Shown here piece by piece: positions 8,313 through 17,925 of a stretch of 34,102 bases of DNA (positions within the stretch are counted from its first letter, which is position 1; every line of letters begins with the position of its first letter). The notes beneath the pieces were generated by a model that was not told the origin of the DNA, made no database searches, and saw only the letters and a list, made by a program, of their open reading frames with translations. Origin of the DNA: an uncultured Muribaculaceae bacterium (lineage in GTDB: Bacteria; Cyanobacteriota; Vampirovibrionia; Gastranaerophilales; Gastranaerophilaceae); contig CAZOGS010000003.1 of assembly GCA_964579375.1 (NCBI GenBank), positions 1 through 34,102 on the forward strand, in the 5' to 3' direction. Position numbers and translations under genes: made by a program.

Positions 8313-8939
8313 ATGGAAATTATAAATTCAATATTGGCAAGTATAGTTGCTTGGATACAAAGTACGATTACGGCAATGGGACCGTGGGGAATTGCACTTT
8401 TGATGGCGATTGAATCCTGCAATATCCCTTTGCCGAGTGAAGCAATTTTGCCGTTTGCGGGATATATGGTATCGCAAGGCATATTTTCAATTCATACGGC
8501 AGCTTTTTTTGGTGCAATCGGTTGTGTTTTAGGCTCAATTCCGTCGTATTTTCTTGGCAGTATCGGAGGCAGACCGTTTATTGAAAAGTACGGAAAATAT
8601 TTTTTAATAAGCAAACACGATTTGGAAGTTGCGGATAAATGGCAGAAAAAATGGGGAGATTGGGCATTTTTCATTTGCAGGATGCTTCCTGTTGTGAGAA
8701 CATTTATTTCGTTGCCGGCTGGAATTTTAAAAGCAAATCTTCCGAAATTTTTGATATTTACGTTTTTAGGCTCGTTAATTTGGAGTTATTTCCTTGTTTA
8801 CGTAGGGGTAAAATTAGGTGAAAATTTGGAAGTTTTGAAACACATTTGGCATAAACTTGACGCAGTAATAATTCTTGCGTGTGTAGTTTTGTTTGTATTA
8901 TACTTACGTCATCACTTCAAACATTTGAAAGAATCATAA
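8313..8939 (+). CDS. DedA-family (SNARE-associated) membrane protein
   Basis: 208 aa, multi-TM, with the DedA signature region FFICRMLPVVRTFISLPAGILK. AAGGA lies 9 nt upstream of the ATG, and a TATAAT lies at 8272-8277. Confidence 0.85.
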   Translation: MEIINSILASIVAWIQSTITAMGPWGIALLMAIESCNIPLPSEAILPFAGYMVSQGIFSIHTAAFFGAIGCVLGSIPSYFLGSIGGRPFIEKYGKYFLISKHDLEVADKWQKKWGDWAFFICRMLPVVRTFISLPAGILKANLPKFLIFTFLGSLIWSYFLVYVGVKLGENLEVLKHIWHKLDAVIILACVVLFVLYLRHHFKHLKES

Positions 8940-8950
8940 GGAGAATTTAA

Positions 8951-10159
8951 ATGAAAGTAAAAGTCTTAGCAAAAACAGGCGATAATCTCAACGCAGTTGC
9001 GGCTGAAGCAGTGAAAGAAGTAAAGGAAAGAGCAGGAAAAGCAGGACAATTTTTGAATTGGATTAAAGTCCTTCCCGAAAACCAATTGAAGAATTTGGAT
9101 AACCTTTATGCAATGGCAGAAAAGGCGAAAGAGGGCGGATTTGAAGAGCTTGCAATTCTCGGTATCGGCGGTTCAAGACATACGACGGAATCAATGATGA
9201 CGATGCTTGGAATAAAGAATGTTCATTTCTTTTCATCGGTTGACCCCGTAAGTTTTAACAGATTTATTCAACCGTTAAATCTTGCAAGAACTAAGTTTAT
9301 GGTTGTTTCAAAATCAGGCGGAACGATGGAAACGACAACCGCTTATAATAAAGTGGACGAAATTTTGCGTCATACATTTAAAACAGATAACGTTGCAGAC
9401 AGATTTGTTGCAATGACTGATGTTTCACCCGAAAAGAGCAAACTCAGAAAAATCGTTGATGAAGGTAAAATCAGTCTTTCCGGATTTGTTCATGACGATG
9501 TAGGCGGACGTTTTTCAATTTTTGATGATGCAACAATTTTTGCACTTGCTTTCGCAGGTGTTGCAAAAGAAGATGTTAAGAAGATGTTAGAAGCTTCATT
9601 GGCAGCACAAGAAGCCTTTTTGAACGAAAATGTTGCCGAAAACCTTGCTTTGCAACTTGCAACATTCAACGTAAATGCTTATAAAGCAGGAAAGAGAAAA
9701 CATTTTGTTGAATATTTCTCCGATGCGTTTATGGGAACGACTCTTTGGGAAAAACAACTCAAGAATGAAAGCTTGAAGGCAAGAATTTCAACAGATACAA
9801 ACGTTGGACCCGGATATCTTCACTATAATGCGGAAGCTGATTTGGATGAAGAAAATGTTGATTCATTCTTCACTTTCGTAAATTACGAAAATGACGATAA
9901 AGTAACTAACGCAATTCTTGAAGGCGTTGTTGCCGCATATTCCGCACAACACCCAGTTTCAAGAATTATTCTTGACGATTTGACATTGGAAAGTATCGCA
10001 CAATTTGTTGAACTCAAACATTTTGAAACTATTTACACAGGTGATATTTTAAGAAGAGAATTAAATCTTTTAACACCTATGGAAACAGCGATGCCCGAAG
10101 TACTTCAACCGAACGTTGAAAAATATAAGGCTGAAGTTAGAAAAGCAATGGCAAAATAA
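8951..10159 (+). CDS. pgi: Glucose-6-phosphate isomerase (short form)
   Basis: Contains ILGIGGSRH, VVSKSGGTMETT and DDVGGRFSIF (PGI signature 1), plus a C-terminal QPNVEKYK resembling signature 2. AAGGAG SD precedes the ATG. Confidence 0.8.
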   Translation: MKVKVLAKTGDNLNAVAAEAVKEVKERAGKAGQFLNWIKVLPENQLKNLDNLYAMAEKAKEGGFEELAILGIGGSRHTTESMMTMLGIKNVHFFSSVDPVSFNRFIQPLNLARTKFMVVSKSGGTMETTTAYNKVDEILRHTFKTDNVADRFVAMTDVSPEKSKLRKIVDEGKISLSGFVHDDVGGRFSIFDDATIFALAFAGVAKEDVKKMLEASLAAQEAFLNENVAENLALQLATFNVNAYKAGKRKHFVEYFSDAFMGTTLWEKQLKNESLKARISTDTNVGPGYLHYNAEADLDEENVDSFFTFVNYENDDKVTNAILEGVVAAYSAQHPVSRIILDDLTLESIAQFVELKHFETIYTGDILRRELNLLTPMETAMPEVLQPNVEKYKAEVRKAMAK

Positions 10160-10175
10160 TTATCGAGCTAACAAT

Positions 10176-10212
10176 AAAGACGGTTTCCGCATTGTGCGGA
10201 GACCGTCTTTTT
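10176..10212 (+). terminator. Rho-independent terminator between convergent pgi and comF
   Basis: aaagacggtttccgca (10176-10191) pairs with tgcggagaccgtcttt (10195-10210) with one mismatch and a 3-nt loop. A T-run follows. Confidence 0.75.
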
Positions 10213-10221
10213 GTGAGAAAT

Positions 10222-10884
10222 TTAATATACATATTTTGAAGATTTTTCGGGAACAGCGGTTGTAAAAGCCGTAATGTCGGTAATTCCGTTTTGTTTAAAA
10301 ACTTTTATAATTTCTTTTATTGTTGTTCCTGTTGTGGAAATGTCGTCAAGCAATAAAATCGGATGTTTAAAATCGGTTTTATTCAGAGAAAATGCATCTT
10401 TCAAATTTTCTTCTCTTTCTTTGTTTGAGAGTTTGTATTGAGGGGCGGTTTCTCTTGTTCGGATTAAGGATTTTAAATCACAATCATATCCCGTAAACTT
10501 GCAAAATTCTTCACAAACCAAGTCCATATGGTTATATTTTCGTTTCCTTGCTTTTGAAAAGAACATCGGAACGGGGATGACGGTGTATTGTTTGGAAGAA
10601 ATATCGAGATTTTGCCAATAATCGTACATCAATTTTGCTTGATAAAAAGCCAATTCTTTTTTGTTGTGATATTTTACCGCTCGTATTAATTTTTGTGTCA
10701 CATCTTTATAAAAAGTTACGGCATAAATGTCAATTTCGTCAATTTTTTTAAACGGTTTCGCAGTCAAAAAATCCACACTATTGTAGCATTTTGAGCAAAA
10801 AACGGTATTTTCTTTTGAGGAAGAGCAAAAGTAACATTTGTAATCGTATATAAAATCAAGTAGTTTTTTTAATATATTTATCAT
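10222..10884 (-). CDS. comF: ComF-family phosphoribosyltransferase-domain protein
   Basis: 220 aa. N-terminal double CxxC zinc finger (CYFCSS...CSKCYNS) and C-terminal PRTase motif ILLLDDISTTGTTIKE. Confidence 0.85.
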   Translation of the reverse strand: MINILKKLLDFIYDYKCYFCSSSKENTVFCSKCYNSVDFLTAKPFKKIDEIDIYAVTFYKDVTQKLIRAVKYHNKKELAFYQAKLMYDYWQNLDISSKQYTVIPVPMFFSKARKRKYNHMDLVCEEFCKFTGYDCDLKSLIRTRETAPQYKLSNKEREENLKDAFSLNKTDFKHPILLLDDISTTGTTIKEIIKVFKQNGITDITAFTTAVPEKSSKYVY

Positions 10885-10890
10885 AAAATT

Positions 10891-10919
10891 ATTATATAGA
10901 AACGGAGAAGATAAGTGAA
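10891..10919 (-). promoter_or_regulatory. Candidate promoter placed for a leaderless comF mRNA
   Basis: On the minus strand TTCACT (10914-10919) is followed by a 17-nt spacer, a perfect TATAAT (10891-10896), then 6 nt and the ATG (10884). No SD is present. Confidence 0.4.
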
Positions 10920-12282
10920 CCTCATCATAATGATTTTGTTAATAAGTTTTCTGGTTATGGTGCATGAGTTTGGTCATTTTTTGGCGGCGAAGGCGTTCAA
11001 AATCAGAGTGGATAAGTTTGGTTTCGGCTTGCCTGTCGGGCCGACATTATTCAGAAAACAAATCGGTGAAACGGAATTTTTAATTCACGCTTTATTGTTG
11101 GGCGGATATGTTTCGTTTCCTGATGATGACGCAAACTCGACACTTGATGTTAATTCTCCCGAAAGATTTGCGAATAAGCCGATATGGCAACGCTTGATTG
11201 TAATTGTTGCGGGCGTTTTTGCAAACTTTTTAACAGCAATCTTTTTAGTAATGTTGACAGCGGGTATTTGGCATAAATTGCCCTCAAACTCTTTCGAAAC
11301 AACATTTGAAGAATTACTGCCGACGGCAACGCAATCCGTTCGTGAAGCAAATTTCCAAAAAGGTGATGTTTTCTACGAAATAAACGGAACTAAAGTTACA
11401 TTGCCGAATGTTTTGACTCAATATTTGTATTTGAGCAGAGAAAAAGACGGTTTTGTTTCCGAAAAAAGAGTCAATGAAAAAATTGAAGCAATCAAAAAAT
11501 TAAATCCCAAAATTAACCCGTCAAAGGTTATTAATAAAGGTGTTGTCGTTAAGTTGCCCAAGCTCGATGACGAAGACGAAATAAGACTTACTGATGATGA
11601 AGTTATCGGATTTGAACAATATGTTTCAAAAGAAGTTGAGCTTACGGAAACGCAAAAGGCTGTTCGTGACAATATTTGGGGCAAGACCGTTTACAAGGTG
11701 AAAATTCCGATGACTGTTGAAGATTTGGCGTTTGCTTTGGCGGATACAAGACATCCGGTTAATATAACGGTTTTAAGAAACGAAAAAGAAGTTAAGCTTC
11801 CGACGATTTATCCGAATAAAGACGGAATGATGGGTATCAAAAAGGGTATTACGGAAGTTGTTTATCCTGTCAGAAATATTGTTGAAAATGTTGAATATTC
11901 TTATAAATATATCAAAATGAATTCTGATATGATGCTTTACGGACTTGCAAAATTATTTACGGGAAGCATTCCGATGGAAGAGATGCACGGTATCGTTGCC
12001 GTTACAAAAATCGGTTCGGACATTATTGAATACCAAGGATTTTTCAAAGGTTTGCTTTTGACTGCAATTATCAGTTTAAACCTTGCATATTTAAATTTGC
12101 TCCCCATTCCTGCTCTCGATGGCGGACATGTGTTGTTTTTGATTATTGAAAAAATACAGGGAAAGCCCGTGAACGAAAAGGTTTCGGAAGTCCTTTCAAT
12201 GGTATTTTTCTATTTACTCATAATATTTATGCTTTATATTGTTTATAACGACATAATTGCATTAATTACAAAAAAGATTTAG
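10915..12282 (+). CDS. rseP: RIP zinc metalloprotease RseP (site-2 protease, M50)
   Basis: HEFGHF (HExxH) in the first TM, NLLPIPALDGGH near the C-terminus, and a PDZ-like middle region. GTG start at 10915 with GGAG 7 nt upstream. ATG 10930 is an alternative. Confidence 0.9.
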   Translation: MNLIIMILLISFLVMVHEFGHFLAAKAFKIRVDKFGFGLPVGPTLFRKQIGETEFLIHALLLGGYVSFPDDDANSTLDVNSPERFANKPIWQRLIVIVAGVFANFLTAIFLVMLTAGIWHKLPSNSFETTFEELLPTATQSVREANFQKGDVFYEINGTKVTLPNVLTQYLYLSREKDGFVSEKRVNEKIEAIKKLNPKINPSKVINKGVVVKLPKLDDEDEIRLTDDEVIGFEQYVSKEVELTETQKAVRDNIWGKTVYKVKIPMTVEDLAFALADTRHPVNITVLRNEKEVKLPTIYPNKDGMMGIKKGITEVVYPVRNIVENVEYSYKYIKMNSDMMLYGLAKLFTGSIPMEEMHGIVAVTKIGSDIIEYQGFFKGLLLTAIISLNLAYLNLLPIPALDGGHVLFLIIEKIQGKPVNEKVSEVLSMVFFYLLIIFMLYIVYNDIIALITKKI

Positions 12283-12289
12283 AGGTTTT

Positions 12290-13174
12290 ATGAAACAGAA
12301 GACAGGATTTGTTGCAATTATCGGTCGTCCGAATGTCGGCAAAAGCACATTGCTTAACCAAATTATCGGACAAAAGATAGTTATTGCAACCGATAAACCT
12401 CAGACGACCCGCAGAAGAATTAAAGGAATACATACAACCGAAAAAGGACAGATTATTTTCATTGATACCCCCGGAATATATAAACCGTGGGATAAGTTCG
12501 GTGAAATTTTGTTTGATGAAGCAAAAATGTCCGTTCCCGATGCGGATGTTATATTGTTCGTTGTTGACGGCTCTGAAGAGGCGGGTAAAGGCGATAAATG
12601 GATTGCCAATAATATTTTAAATACGACAGACGTTCCCGTGATTATTGTTTGCAATAAGGTTGATAACATTAAAAATCCTCAAAAACGTGACGAGATTGTT
12701 TTGACATACAAAACATTATTTGAACAAAATTATCCTCTTGTTAAAGTTTCGGCAAAAACGGGAAGAAATATTGATACCTTAATTGATAATATTTACCGCA
12801 AATTGCCGAAAGGCGAACCGATTTATGATGAGGACGATTTGACCGATGAAACGATGCGTAAAATTGCCGCCGAAACGGTTCGTGAAAAGATTTTGTTAAG
12901 AACACAAGATGAAATTCCTCACAGTATTGCAGTTTTGATTGACCAATACAAAGAAGAAGAAAATATCGATAAGATTTATGCAACCGTGATTGTTGAACAC
13001 GAAAGCCAAAAATTAATCTTAATCGGTAAAAACGGCTCTATGATTAAAAACATCGGAATTGATGCAAGAGTTGAGTTGGAAAAACTTGCGGATAAGAAGA
13101 TTTTTCTTGATTTGAACGTAAAGGTTATGAAAAATTGGCGAAAAAAATATAAAAACCCCGAAGAAATGTTGTAA
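12290..13174 (+). CDS. era: GTPase Era
   Basis: Contains GRPNVGKSTL (G1), DTPG (G3), NKVD (G4) and a C-terminal KH-like domain (LILIGKNGSMIKNIG). AGAGG SD. Confidence 0.95.
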   Translation: MKQKTGFVAIIGRPNVGKSTLLNQIIGQKIVIATDKPQTTRRRIKGIHTTEKGQIIFIDTPGIYKPWDKFGEILFDEAKMSVPDADVILFVVDGSEEAGKGDKWIANNILNTTDVPVIIVCNKVDNIKNPQKRDEIVLTYKTLFEQNYPLVKVSAKTGRNIDTLIDNIYRKLPKGEPIYDEDDLTDETMRKIAAETVREKILLRTQDEIPHSIAVLIDQYKEEENIDKIYATVIVEHESQKLILIGKNGSMIKNIGIDARVELEKLADKKIFLDLNVKVMKNWRKKYKNPEEML

Positions 13175-13190
13175 TAGAGAAGGATATACA

Positions 13191-13224
13191 AAAAAATAAC
13201 TTCATTTCCGAAGTTATTTTTTTT
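13191..13224. terminator. Bidirectional AT-rich terminator between convergent era and the POT transporter
   Basis: aaaaaataacttc (13191-13203) pairs with gaagttatttttt (13210-13222) around a 6-nt loop. T-runs follow the hairpin on both strands. Confidence 0.6.
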
Positions 13225-13250
13225 ATCTTTTTTCTTGTTATTTTTGATGA

Positions 13251-14603
13251 TTAATTTTTACCCATCCATAATTGTAAAATCGGTCTGATTGCGGTTAATA
13301 TAATTGCGATTACGAACGCCGCACCGCCGAGGATACAGAAGAATAAAGTGTGTGACATATGTTCATAGTATCCGGAGAATACGCCTGCTGCAAGGTTTCC
13401 GAAGAAACTTGACAGGAACCATGTTCCCATAAGGATAGAAGCAAATTGTACGGGAGCAAGTTTTGTTACCAATGATAAACCGATTGGAGATAAACATAAT
13501 TCCGCAAGAGTTGCACAGAGGTATGTCAGAACAAGCCACAAAGGAGAAACGAGGAATGTGTCGCCGTTTGTGAAGTGAGCGGCTGCCGCCATAATTATTG
13601 CGGACAAGCCGATTAGACCTAAGGCAATACAGAATTTAACGACAGAAGTCGGTTCTTTACCTTTGCTTGCAAGCCATCCCCAAAGCATGGACATTAACGG
13701 AGCAATTGTTATGATAAATAAAGGATTTAATGATTGGAAATATCCGGTCGGAATTTCCCAATTGCCGATGTGTCTTTGAGTTGAATTTTCAGCAAAAAGT
13801 GTAAATGAGCATCCTGCTTGTTCAAAACAAATCCAAAAGAAAATGGAGAATGTCATTAAGATGAACAATGCATAAATTCTTCTTTTTTCACGAGTAGTAA
13901 GCTTTTTGCGAACGACAACATCTTCTTCTTCGGATGTTTCACGGATAATTTCGGTTTGAACGGGTTTTAAACCGTGTTCACCCAAAAATTTCTTTTCACC
14001 TAATTTGTATGTTATGTATCCGAAGATAATTCCCATACCTGCAGCCATAAAGCCGTATTTGAAGCCGTAAAGTTGTGCCAAAGTTCCGCAAATTAACGGG
14101 GAGAAAAAGGCACCCAAATTAATACCCATATAGAAAATTGTAAAACCGGCATCACGTTTTTGTTTGTCGTCACCGTACAGCATACCGACGATGGTGCTAA
14201 TATTGGATTTGAAAAATCCGTTTGCAATAATCATTAAGGTTAAACCGAGGGTGAATACAATAATTGAAACGCTTTTAAGACATTCAAACCCGCTTGCCGC
14301 AAGGGTGAATAATCCGATAGCCATAACGACGGCTCCGATGGAGATACATCTTCTTTGACCTAAAAACTTATCAGCGATATATCCGCCGACAAGAGGTGTT
14401 AAATAGACGAGTCCGGTGTACCAACCGTAGATATTGCCTGCATATTGAGTAGCAAGTTTTTCATCCATGCCCGCAAATAAATATTGTATCAAATACAATA
14501 CGAGCAAAGCTCTCATACCGTAGTAGGAAAATCTTTCCCACATTTCGACCGAAAATAATAAATATAAGCCTTTAGGGTGGCCACCCATAACATTATTTGC
14601 CAT
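13251..14603 (-). CDS. dtpT: POT/PTR2-family di-/tripeptide:proton symporter
   Basis: The N-terminal GHPKGLYLLFSVEMWERFSYYGMRALLVLYL is the PTR2 hallmark. 450 aa with about 12 or more TM segments. Confidence 0.9.
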   Translation of the reverse strand: MANNVMGGHPKGLYLLFSVEMWERFSYYGMRALLVLYLIQYLFAGMDEKLATQYAGNIYGWYTGLVYLTPLVGGYIADKFLGQRRCISIGAVVMAIGLFTLAASGFECLKSVSIIVFTLGLTLMIIANGFFKSNISTIVGMLYGDDKQKRDAGFTIFYMGINLGAFFSPLICGTLAQLYGFKYGFMAAGMGIIFGYITYKLGEKKFLGEHGLKPVQTEIIRETSEEEDVVVRKKLTTREKRRIYALFILMTFSIFFWICFEQAGCSFTLFAENSTQRHIGNWEIPTGYFQSLNPLFIITIAPLMSMLWGWLASKGKEPTSVVKFCIALGLIGLSAIIMAAAAHFTNGDTFLVSPLWLVLTYLCATLAELCLSPIGLSLVTKLAPVQFASILMGTWFLSSFFGNLAAGVFSGYYEHMSHTLFFCILGGAAFVIAIILTAIRPILQLWMGKN

Positions 14604-14612
14604 AGTGAGATA

Positions 14613-14641
14613 ATAATAAAACGATAAAACCTTATCTTCAA
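14613..14641 (-). promoter_or_regulatory. Candidate promoter placed for a near-leaderless dtpT mRNA
   Basis: On the minus strand TTGAAG (14636-14641) is followed by a 17-nt spacer, TATTAT (14613-14618), then 9 nt and the ATG (14603). No SD is present. Confidence 0.35.
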
Positions 14642-14833
14642 GGATTTTGAGGGTATTCTTAACAAAAAATCACGAAATAATCTTTGCATGTTGAAAAAAA
14701 ACAAATTTTATTGTAACATATCTTAAAAAATTCCTATTAATATAGGATAAAAAAAATAATATTCTGCCGTAGAATTATAACGTAAAACGGAGAATTCAGA
14801 CGGTGAGGAAGGAAGGGTTTACCCTTTAGGCAA

Positions 14834-15658
14834 ATGACAGACGGACTTGGAACAGACGCATATAATAAAGTTAAAAGGCTTTCGACGGAAGAACTCGAAA
14901 AGCTTTGGTATGCATTTTTTGCCGACAAGACCAATAAAAAACTCCGTGACCAATTGATTATACAGTATTTGTATTTAACAAAATTCGTAATTGGTCGTAT
15001 TAAAGGAAATCTGCCCCCGTCATTTTCGGCGGAAGACATTACCGGATACGGTGTTGAAGGGTTGATAGATGCGATAGAAAAATTTTCGCCGGATAAGGGA
15101 GCAAGGTTTGAAACGTATGCAATCATGCGGATTAGAGGTTCTATTATTGATAAAATTCGTTCGCAGGATTGGATGCCGAGAAGCACAAGAAGAAAGATTA
15201 AAGACGTAAAAGAAGCGGCGGAAAAGTTACGTCAAGAGCTCGGTCGTCCCGCAACGTCGACGGAAATCGGTGAAGTTTTAGGAATTGAGAAAGAAAAAGT
15301 TGATGCAATTCTTGCCGAGGCAACGACAGTCGGTTCAATTTATGACAAGAAAGGTACTTCGGACGAAAGCGTCGAAATTATTGATACTATTGAAGATACA
15401 AGTTCCGTAAATCCTCTTGACCGATTGGAAGAAAAAGATACACAAAAAGAATTGCAAGCCGCATTGAAAAGTTTGCCCGAACGAGAAAGAATGATAATGG
15501 TTTTGTATTATCAAAAGAACATGACGTTGAAGGAAATCGGGGAAACTATTGAGGTAACTGAGTCGAGAGTTTGTCAGCTTCACGCACAGGCAATTATGAA
15601 ATTGAAAAATTTCCTTTCCGGTCAAAAAGCGGGAAGAATGAAAAAATCGATTTGCTAA
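14834..15658 (+). CDS. fliA: FliA/WhiG/SigD-type (sigma-28 family) RNA polymerase sigma factor
   Basis: Region 2 reads FETYAIMRIRGSIIDKIRSQDWMPRSTRRKIKDV, typical of the FliA family. Region 4 HTH reads MTLKEIGETIEVTESRVCQLHAQAIMKLK. No in-frame start is possible upstream of 14834 because of a TGA at 14804-14806. Confidence 0.85.
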   Translation: MTDGLGTDAYNKVKRLSTEELEKLWYAFFADKTNKKLRDQLIIQYLYLTKFVIGRIKGNLPPSFSAEDITGYGVEGLIDAIEKFSPDKGARFETYAIMRIRGSIIDKIRSQDWMPRSTRRKIKDVKEAAEKLRQELGRPATSTEIGEVLGIEKEKVDAILAEATTVGSIYDKKGTSDESVEIIDTIEDTSSVNPLDRLEEKDTQKELQAALKSLPERERMIMVLYYQKNMTLKEIGETIEVTESRVCQLHAQAIMKLKNFLSGQKAGRMKKSIC

Positions 15659-15702
15659 AATTTTCAAGCAAACTTTATATTTAGTGGTCTGTTTTTTGCT
15701 TG

Positions 15703-15711
15703 TGGTATAAT
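15703..15711 (+). promoter_or_regulatory. Extended -10 element positioned for a leaderless AGCS transporter mRNA
   Basis: TGgTATAAT (15703-15711) matches the extended -10 consensus exactly. It is followed by 7 nt (tttttgt) and the ATG at 15719, with no SD. Confidence 0.5.
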
Positions 15712-15718
15712 TTTTTGT

Positions 15719-17071
15719 ATGGAAGAATGTTTATCGATATTAAGTAAAATAGATTCCTTTCTTTGGGGAGCACCGCTGATTATTCTTTTAATCGGAACGG
15801 GTATTTATTTGACTGTTCGATTGGGTTTTTTGCAAGTTTTTAGGTTGCCTCTTGCTTTAAAGTTAATTTTTAAGGCAGAAAATAAGGGCAAAGGTGAAGT
15901 TTCAAGTTTCAAATCACTTTGTGTGGCACTTGCGGCAACGGTCGGAACAGGAAATATCGTAGGTGTTGCCACGGCTGTTAAGATGGGCGGTCCCGGGGCA
16001 TTGTTTTGGATGTGGGTTGCCGCATTTTTTGGTATGGCGACGAAATATGCCGAAGGCTTGCTTGCCATAAAATATCGTTCGGTTGATAGAAACAGGAACA
16101 TTTCAGGCGGGCCTATGTATTATATCCGCAAAGGAATGGGAGAAAAATATAAACCTTTGGCAATCTTTTTTGCTTTTGCGACGATGCTCGTAGCGTTTTT
16201 CGGAATAGGTACATTTCCGCAAGTTAACGCAATTATTGACAGCGTAAACATTTCATTTGGCGTATCGAAATTGGCTACAAATATTGTATTGACGATAATT
16301 GTCGGTTCAATTATTTTTGGCGGGTTAAAAAGTATCGCAAAAGTTACTTCAAAACTGATACCTTTTATGGCGGTTTTTTATATTTGTATTTCTTTGGTGA
16401 TAATATGCATGAATATTCAAGCGATACCGGATGCAATTTCTTTGATTGTTAAAGATGCTTTTACGGGAAGTGCCGCTGTCGGAGGATTTGCGGGTTCAAC
16501 AATAATGATGGCTATGCAAAACGGTGTTGCAAGGGGTATTTTTTCAAACGAAGCGGGTCTTGGTTCAGCCCCGATTGCGGCAGCTGCGGCAAAGACAAAT
16601 TATCCGTCCGAACAAGGTTTGGTATCAATGACGGGAACATTTATCGACACAATTATTGTTTGTTCAATGACAGGTCTTGTGTTGGTGTTAACGGGTGTTT
16701 GGTCGGGCGAATACAGCGGAGCGGCAATGACATCCGCAGCTTTTGTTCAAGGTTTTGGCAATATCGGAAGTGTCTTTTTAACCATTTCTCTTGTTCTTTT
16801 TGCGTTTACAACAATTTTGGGTTGGAATTATTACGGCGAAAGGGCTTGCGTATATTTGTTCGGTGTTAAGGGAATTACTCCGTACAGAATAATTTTTATC
16901 GTGATGATTGCACTCGGTGTATTCTTGAAGTTGGATGTTATCTGGATTTTAGCGGATATCGTAAACGGACTTATGGCAATACCGAACTTGATAGCGTTGG
17001 TTGCACTTTCGGGTGTGGTTGTTGAAGAAACTAAATTATATTTGAATTTAAAAATAAAAAATATTGAATAA
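15719..17071 (+). CDS. Alanine/glycine:cation symporter (AGCS family)
   Basis: Contains ATVGTGNIVGVATAVKMGGPGALFWMWVAAFFGMATKYAE, the AGCS family signature region. 450 aa, polytopic. Confidence 0.9.
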   Translation: MEECLSILSKIDSFLWGAPLIILLIGTGIYLTVRLGFLQVFRLPLALKLIFKAENKGKGEVSSFKSLCVALAATVGTGNIVGVATAVKMGGPGALFWMWVAAFFGMATKYAEGLLAIKYRSVDRNRNISGGPMYYIRKGMGEKYKPLAIFFAFATMLVAFFGIGTFPQVNAIIDSVNISFGVSKLATNIVLTIIVGSIIFGGLKSIAKVTSKLIPFMAVFYICISLVIICMNIQAIPDAISLIVKDAFTGSAAVGGFAGSTIMMAMQNGVARGIFSNEAGLGSAPIAAAAAKTNYPSEQGLVSMTGTFIDTIIVCSMTGLVLVLTGVWSGEYSGAAMTSAAFVQGFGNIGSVFLTISLVLFAFTTILGWNYYGERACVYLFGVKGITPYRIIFIVMIALGVFLKLDVIWILADIVNGLMAIPNLIALVALSGVVVEETKLYLNLKIKNIE

Positions 17072-17091
17072 TACAAAATAAGAGGGCAAAA

Positions 17092-17922
17092 ATGGAAAAA
17101 ATATTAGTTACGGGTGCAAAAGGTATGCTTGGTCATGACTTATGTCCGACACTTGAAGATGCAGGTTATGAAACGATAGAAACTGATGTTGATAATTTGG
17201 ATATAACAGATTTTGAACAAGTGCAAAAGTTTTTAAAAGAGGCTAAACCCGATGCGGTGGTTCATTGTGCCGCTTATACGAATGTTGATAAGTGCGAAAC
17301 TGACGGAAAAGAAGCCGCTATGAAAATCAACGCAACAGGAACCGAAAACCTTGCGAAAACTTGTGCTGAGCTTGATATACCGATAGTTTATATTTCTACT
17401 GACTATGTTTTTGACGGTACGAAAAAAGAGTCATATCTTCCTTATGATGAGAGAAATCCGATTAACGAATACGGAAGAACGAAGTTTTTAGGTGAAAAAG
17501 CTGTTGAAGAGCATTGTACAAAATATTACATTACGAGAACGAGTTGGCTTTATGGGTTGCACGGAAAAAACTTTGTTGAAACGATGTTATCGCTTGCCGA
17601 TAAGCCGGAATTAAAGGTTGTGGATGACCAAATCGGTTGCCCGACGTGGACACAAGAGCTTTCAAACGGAATTGTAACACTTCTTTCGGAGGAAGCACCT
17701 TACGGAATTTATCATCTTTGCGGCTCGGGAAAAACATCTTGGTACGGTTTTGCGAAAGAAATTTTTGAAATTGCGGGATTGAAAGTAAATCTCAAACCCT
17801 GCACGACGGATGAATTTCCGAGAGATGCAAAACGTCCTGCTAACAGTGTTATGTACAATGACAACATGTGCAGAACGTGGAAAGCCGCACTTAAAGATTA
17901 TATGAATTTAAGAGGGGAATAA
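17092..17922 (+). CDS. rfbD: dTDP-4-dehydrorhamnose reductase
   Basis: Contains ILVTGAKGMLG (Rossmann), HCAAYTNVDKCE and STDYVFDG, with RmlD-like length (276 aa). AGAGGG SD. Confidence 0.9.
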   Translation: MEKILVTGAKGMLGHDLCPTLEDAGYETIETDVDNLDITDFEQVQKFLKEAKPDAVVHCAAYTNVDKCETDGKEAAMKINATGTENLAKTCAELDIPIVYISTDYVFDGTKKESYLPYDERNPINEYGRTKFLGEKAVEEHCTKYYITRTSWLYGLHGKNFVETMLSLADKPELKVVDDQIGCPTWTQELSNGIVTLLSEEAPYGIYHLCGSGKTSWYGFAKEIFEIAGLKVNLKPCTTDEFPRDAKRPANSVMYNDNMCRTWKAALKDYMNLRGE

Positions 17923-17925
17923 TAA

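Noticed and set aside
14732-14747. Inverted repeat tcctat-taat-atagga in the dtpT/fliA divergent region, considered as an operator.
   Set aside because: The arms are only 6 bp in very AT-rich DNA, there is no second copy elsewhere in the window, and the match is within chance expectation.
14737-15186. 149-aa minus-strand ORF overlapping the sigma-factor gene start.
   Set aside because: It is antisense to a gene with unmistakable FliA-family motifs, has no motifs of its own, and runs through the intergenic region without an SD.
17596-17603. GCCGATAA, a sigma-28 -10-like motif. A second copy lies at 19674-19681.
   Set aside because: Both copies lie inside coding sequences and lack a TAAA element at the required ~15-nt upstream spacing.
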